A stretch of DNA of 64,000 bases. It comes from Mobula hypostoma (Eukaryota). This document shows positions 61,915 through 64,000 of the stretch, in pieces. The position numbers and the translations under genes were made by a program. Positions within the stretch are counted from its first letter, which is position 1, and every line of letters begins with the position of its first letter. The notes below the pieces were generated by a model. It did no database searches. It had not been told where the DNA came from and worked only from the letters and a program-made list of their open reading frames with translations. The stretch is from positions 240,376,001 to 240,440,000 of the forward strand of contig NC_086097.1 of assembly GCF_963921235.1 (NCBI RefSeq), written 5' to 3'.

Positions 61915-62190
61915 GTGCTGTTTCTGTAACATTGGAGTTTAATTCCCCCTCGCTGTCTGTAAGCAGTTTGTGTGTTCTCACTTGACTGTGCATGTTTCCT
62001 CTGAGTGCTCAGGTTTCCTCCCATATTCCAAAGCCACACGGTTAAGGTTAGTGAGTACGGGGCATGCTATGTTGGTGCTGGAAGCATGGCAACACCTCAG
62101 GCTGCCCAGCACAATCCTTGTTGGTTTGATTTATTGCAAATGATGCATTTTACTGTATGCTTCCATGTACATGTGACAAATAAAGCTTAT
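61915..62190 (+). mobile_element. V-SINE with the alternative (type B) tail
   Basis: V-domain tttcctctgagtgctcaggtttcctcccatattccaaag; tail ...gtacatgtgacaaataaag. Confidence 0.7.
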
Positions 62191-62389
62191 CTTAATCCCT
62201 GCTAGCCAAGTGAAGCTTCCTTCCCTTAAATAGTATGTCTGGTCCTGTCAAAATCTGAATATTTAAAATCACACCCCCTCTCATTTTTCTAAACTCCAAT
62301 GAATACAGACTTCGTCATTGTGATCTCACTTCATGCCGCAGTACTGTTATCAGTGGAATCTGGAGAACCTTTGAACCATGGTAAGTATA

Positions 62390-62660
62390 CACACAGTGGC
62401 CACCTAATTAGGTATCTCCTGTATCTAATGAAGTGGCCATAGAGTGTATGTTCATAGTCTTCTGCTGCTGTAGCCCATATACTTCAAAGATTGACGTGTT
62501 GTGTGTTCAGAGATGCTCTTCTACACACCACTGTTGAAACATGTGGTTATTTGAGTTACTGTCACCTTCCTGTCATCTTGAACCAGTCTGGCCGTTCTCC
62601 TGTGACTTCTCCCGTTAACAAAGCATGTTCACCCACAGAGCTGCTTCTCACCGGATTTTT
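62390..62660 (-). mobile_element. Second, truncated copy of the 57589-59216 Tc1-like family
   Basis: Same TIR (here a self-palindrome, 62390-62446) and internal sequence, without the CR1 insert. Confidence 0.8.
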
Positions 62661-63669
62661 TTTGGCTTCAGATTTAGAAATATTACATTCAGTTCTTTCA
62701 TCAAAAAACATTGGCATGTATTGTGAAGTGCTGGGTCAAAGCACCAATTCCTGTGATATCCAACTTGTGTCACACCGACCTCCTGTGAAAAATGCATTTA
62801 GTTATGATCTGTTTCTTATACGCCAGCTAATTTTCAACCCATGCCCATAGATGACCAGACAATGTGCCTAAGTCAATTGACTCACAGATTTAAAGGTAAA
62901 GAGTGGTATTTACCTTTGATTTAGTAGTTTTTTTTAACTGTTGACTGCTCTTTATAGTACATTGTTTGATATTTAGAAATTTTTCATTCCATTATTTTTG
63001 AAACCATCTTCATTTTGCAGAATATTTTTACATGTCTAAGACTTTTGCTCTGTACTGTAGACTGCTAACCCTTAAGACATTTATTGGCTTAACTTTACAT
63101 TATCAGTGCAGAGAAACAAAGTTTAAATATGAAGTTTACAAGTTTAACTATGAAAGTCACATGGTGCAGGTATTAATACATTAGAAACAAATGCCTTTAG
63201 TGGTACCTTTCCAAAAGGGTCAGCAACCTGGCCAAGACTCCATGTAAGTCATTCCATCTGGTCAGTCTGACTAATGCTGGCGGTTCTGAATAACATTTGC
63301 CCCGTTAAGCAGGAACCTACTGCTGGAGCTGAGAATCCCCAGCTGATGAAATTGTCTCTCAGAGCCTGCTCTTTGGCCTGTGCTGGAACAGGAATCTAGA
63401 CACCACCAATTCAAAAGGGAAGACTGAAGGGAATGGGTTAATTACCTTGCTTTCATGTGATTGTTGAACTTTTTTTTAATGTTTCTATTTTACCTTTCCT
63501 TGGCAATTTTTTCAACTACTTCCTTCAATTTTAAATTATCAATCAAATTCTCTGCCCAGAGAAGCAGTAGAAGCATATAACATTCAAACAACCAAGACAA
63601 GATTTTCTTTCATTTTAACAACTTTACTTTTTCTGTTCATGCTTAGTACACTAGGCTGCCATTTCTTAC

Positions 63670-64000
63670 CCAACCAGTCTCGTGTGCATGTCCATAACAG
63701 GAAAAGTGCACATGCCCATAATAGGGAAAGTGTGAATTCCAACTAAGTGCTTGGATAGCCCAAATGAATAGAACTCAGCAGAAGTTACCTCATTAAATAT
63801 ATTTCTAGGATAGTTATTAGAAGTTGAATAGCACGGGTTAACACAGGTCAATGTATATAACAAGCTTATTAGAGACATTTGGTAGTAGTAGTGTGATAAT
63901 TCAAGTTGAGTTTGATGCTCTCCAAAGGGGTTGTCTGCTGGTGTGTCCGAAGGAGTCTGCAGAGTCCACTCTGTAATCCACATATTCAGGATGTTTGGCT
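63670..64000 (-). CDS. Candidate large exon running off the window edge, product unknown
   Basis: 110 open codons in non-repeat DNA ending at GG|gtaaga; no recognisable domain. Confidence 0.25.

Overview
Vertebrate-type genomic DNA, most likely from a cartilaginous fish (shark/ray), judged from CR1/HER1-like LINEs, HE1-like V-SINEs, Rex1/Babar and Penelope-like elements; the taxon is an inference. Most of the window is layered, nested transposable-element sequence: several CR1 subfamilies (one young copy whose ORF2 is intact apart from one nonsense codon), Penelope-like elements, Rex1/Babar LINEs, an L1/Tx1 fragment, a Gmr1-like Gypsy element with solo LTRs of other families, Tc1/mariner and hAT elements, and tRNA-derived SINEs. 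No host gene could be named; a few splice-flanked open segments are low-confidence exon candidates. The most notable signals are: minimal hammerhead ribozymes in Penelope termini, including 130-230 bp TSD-flanked or hairpin insertions that end at the ribozyme edge; a 26-bp minisatellite derived from CR1 ORF2; an alternating CR1/L1 chimera; V-SINEs with two different tails; and an old tandem duplication with independent later insertions. All calls are by eye, with no database searches, and boundaries of degraded repeats are approximate.
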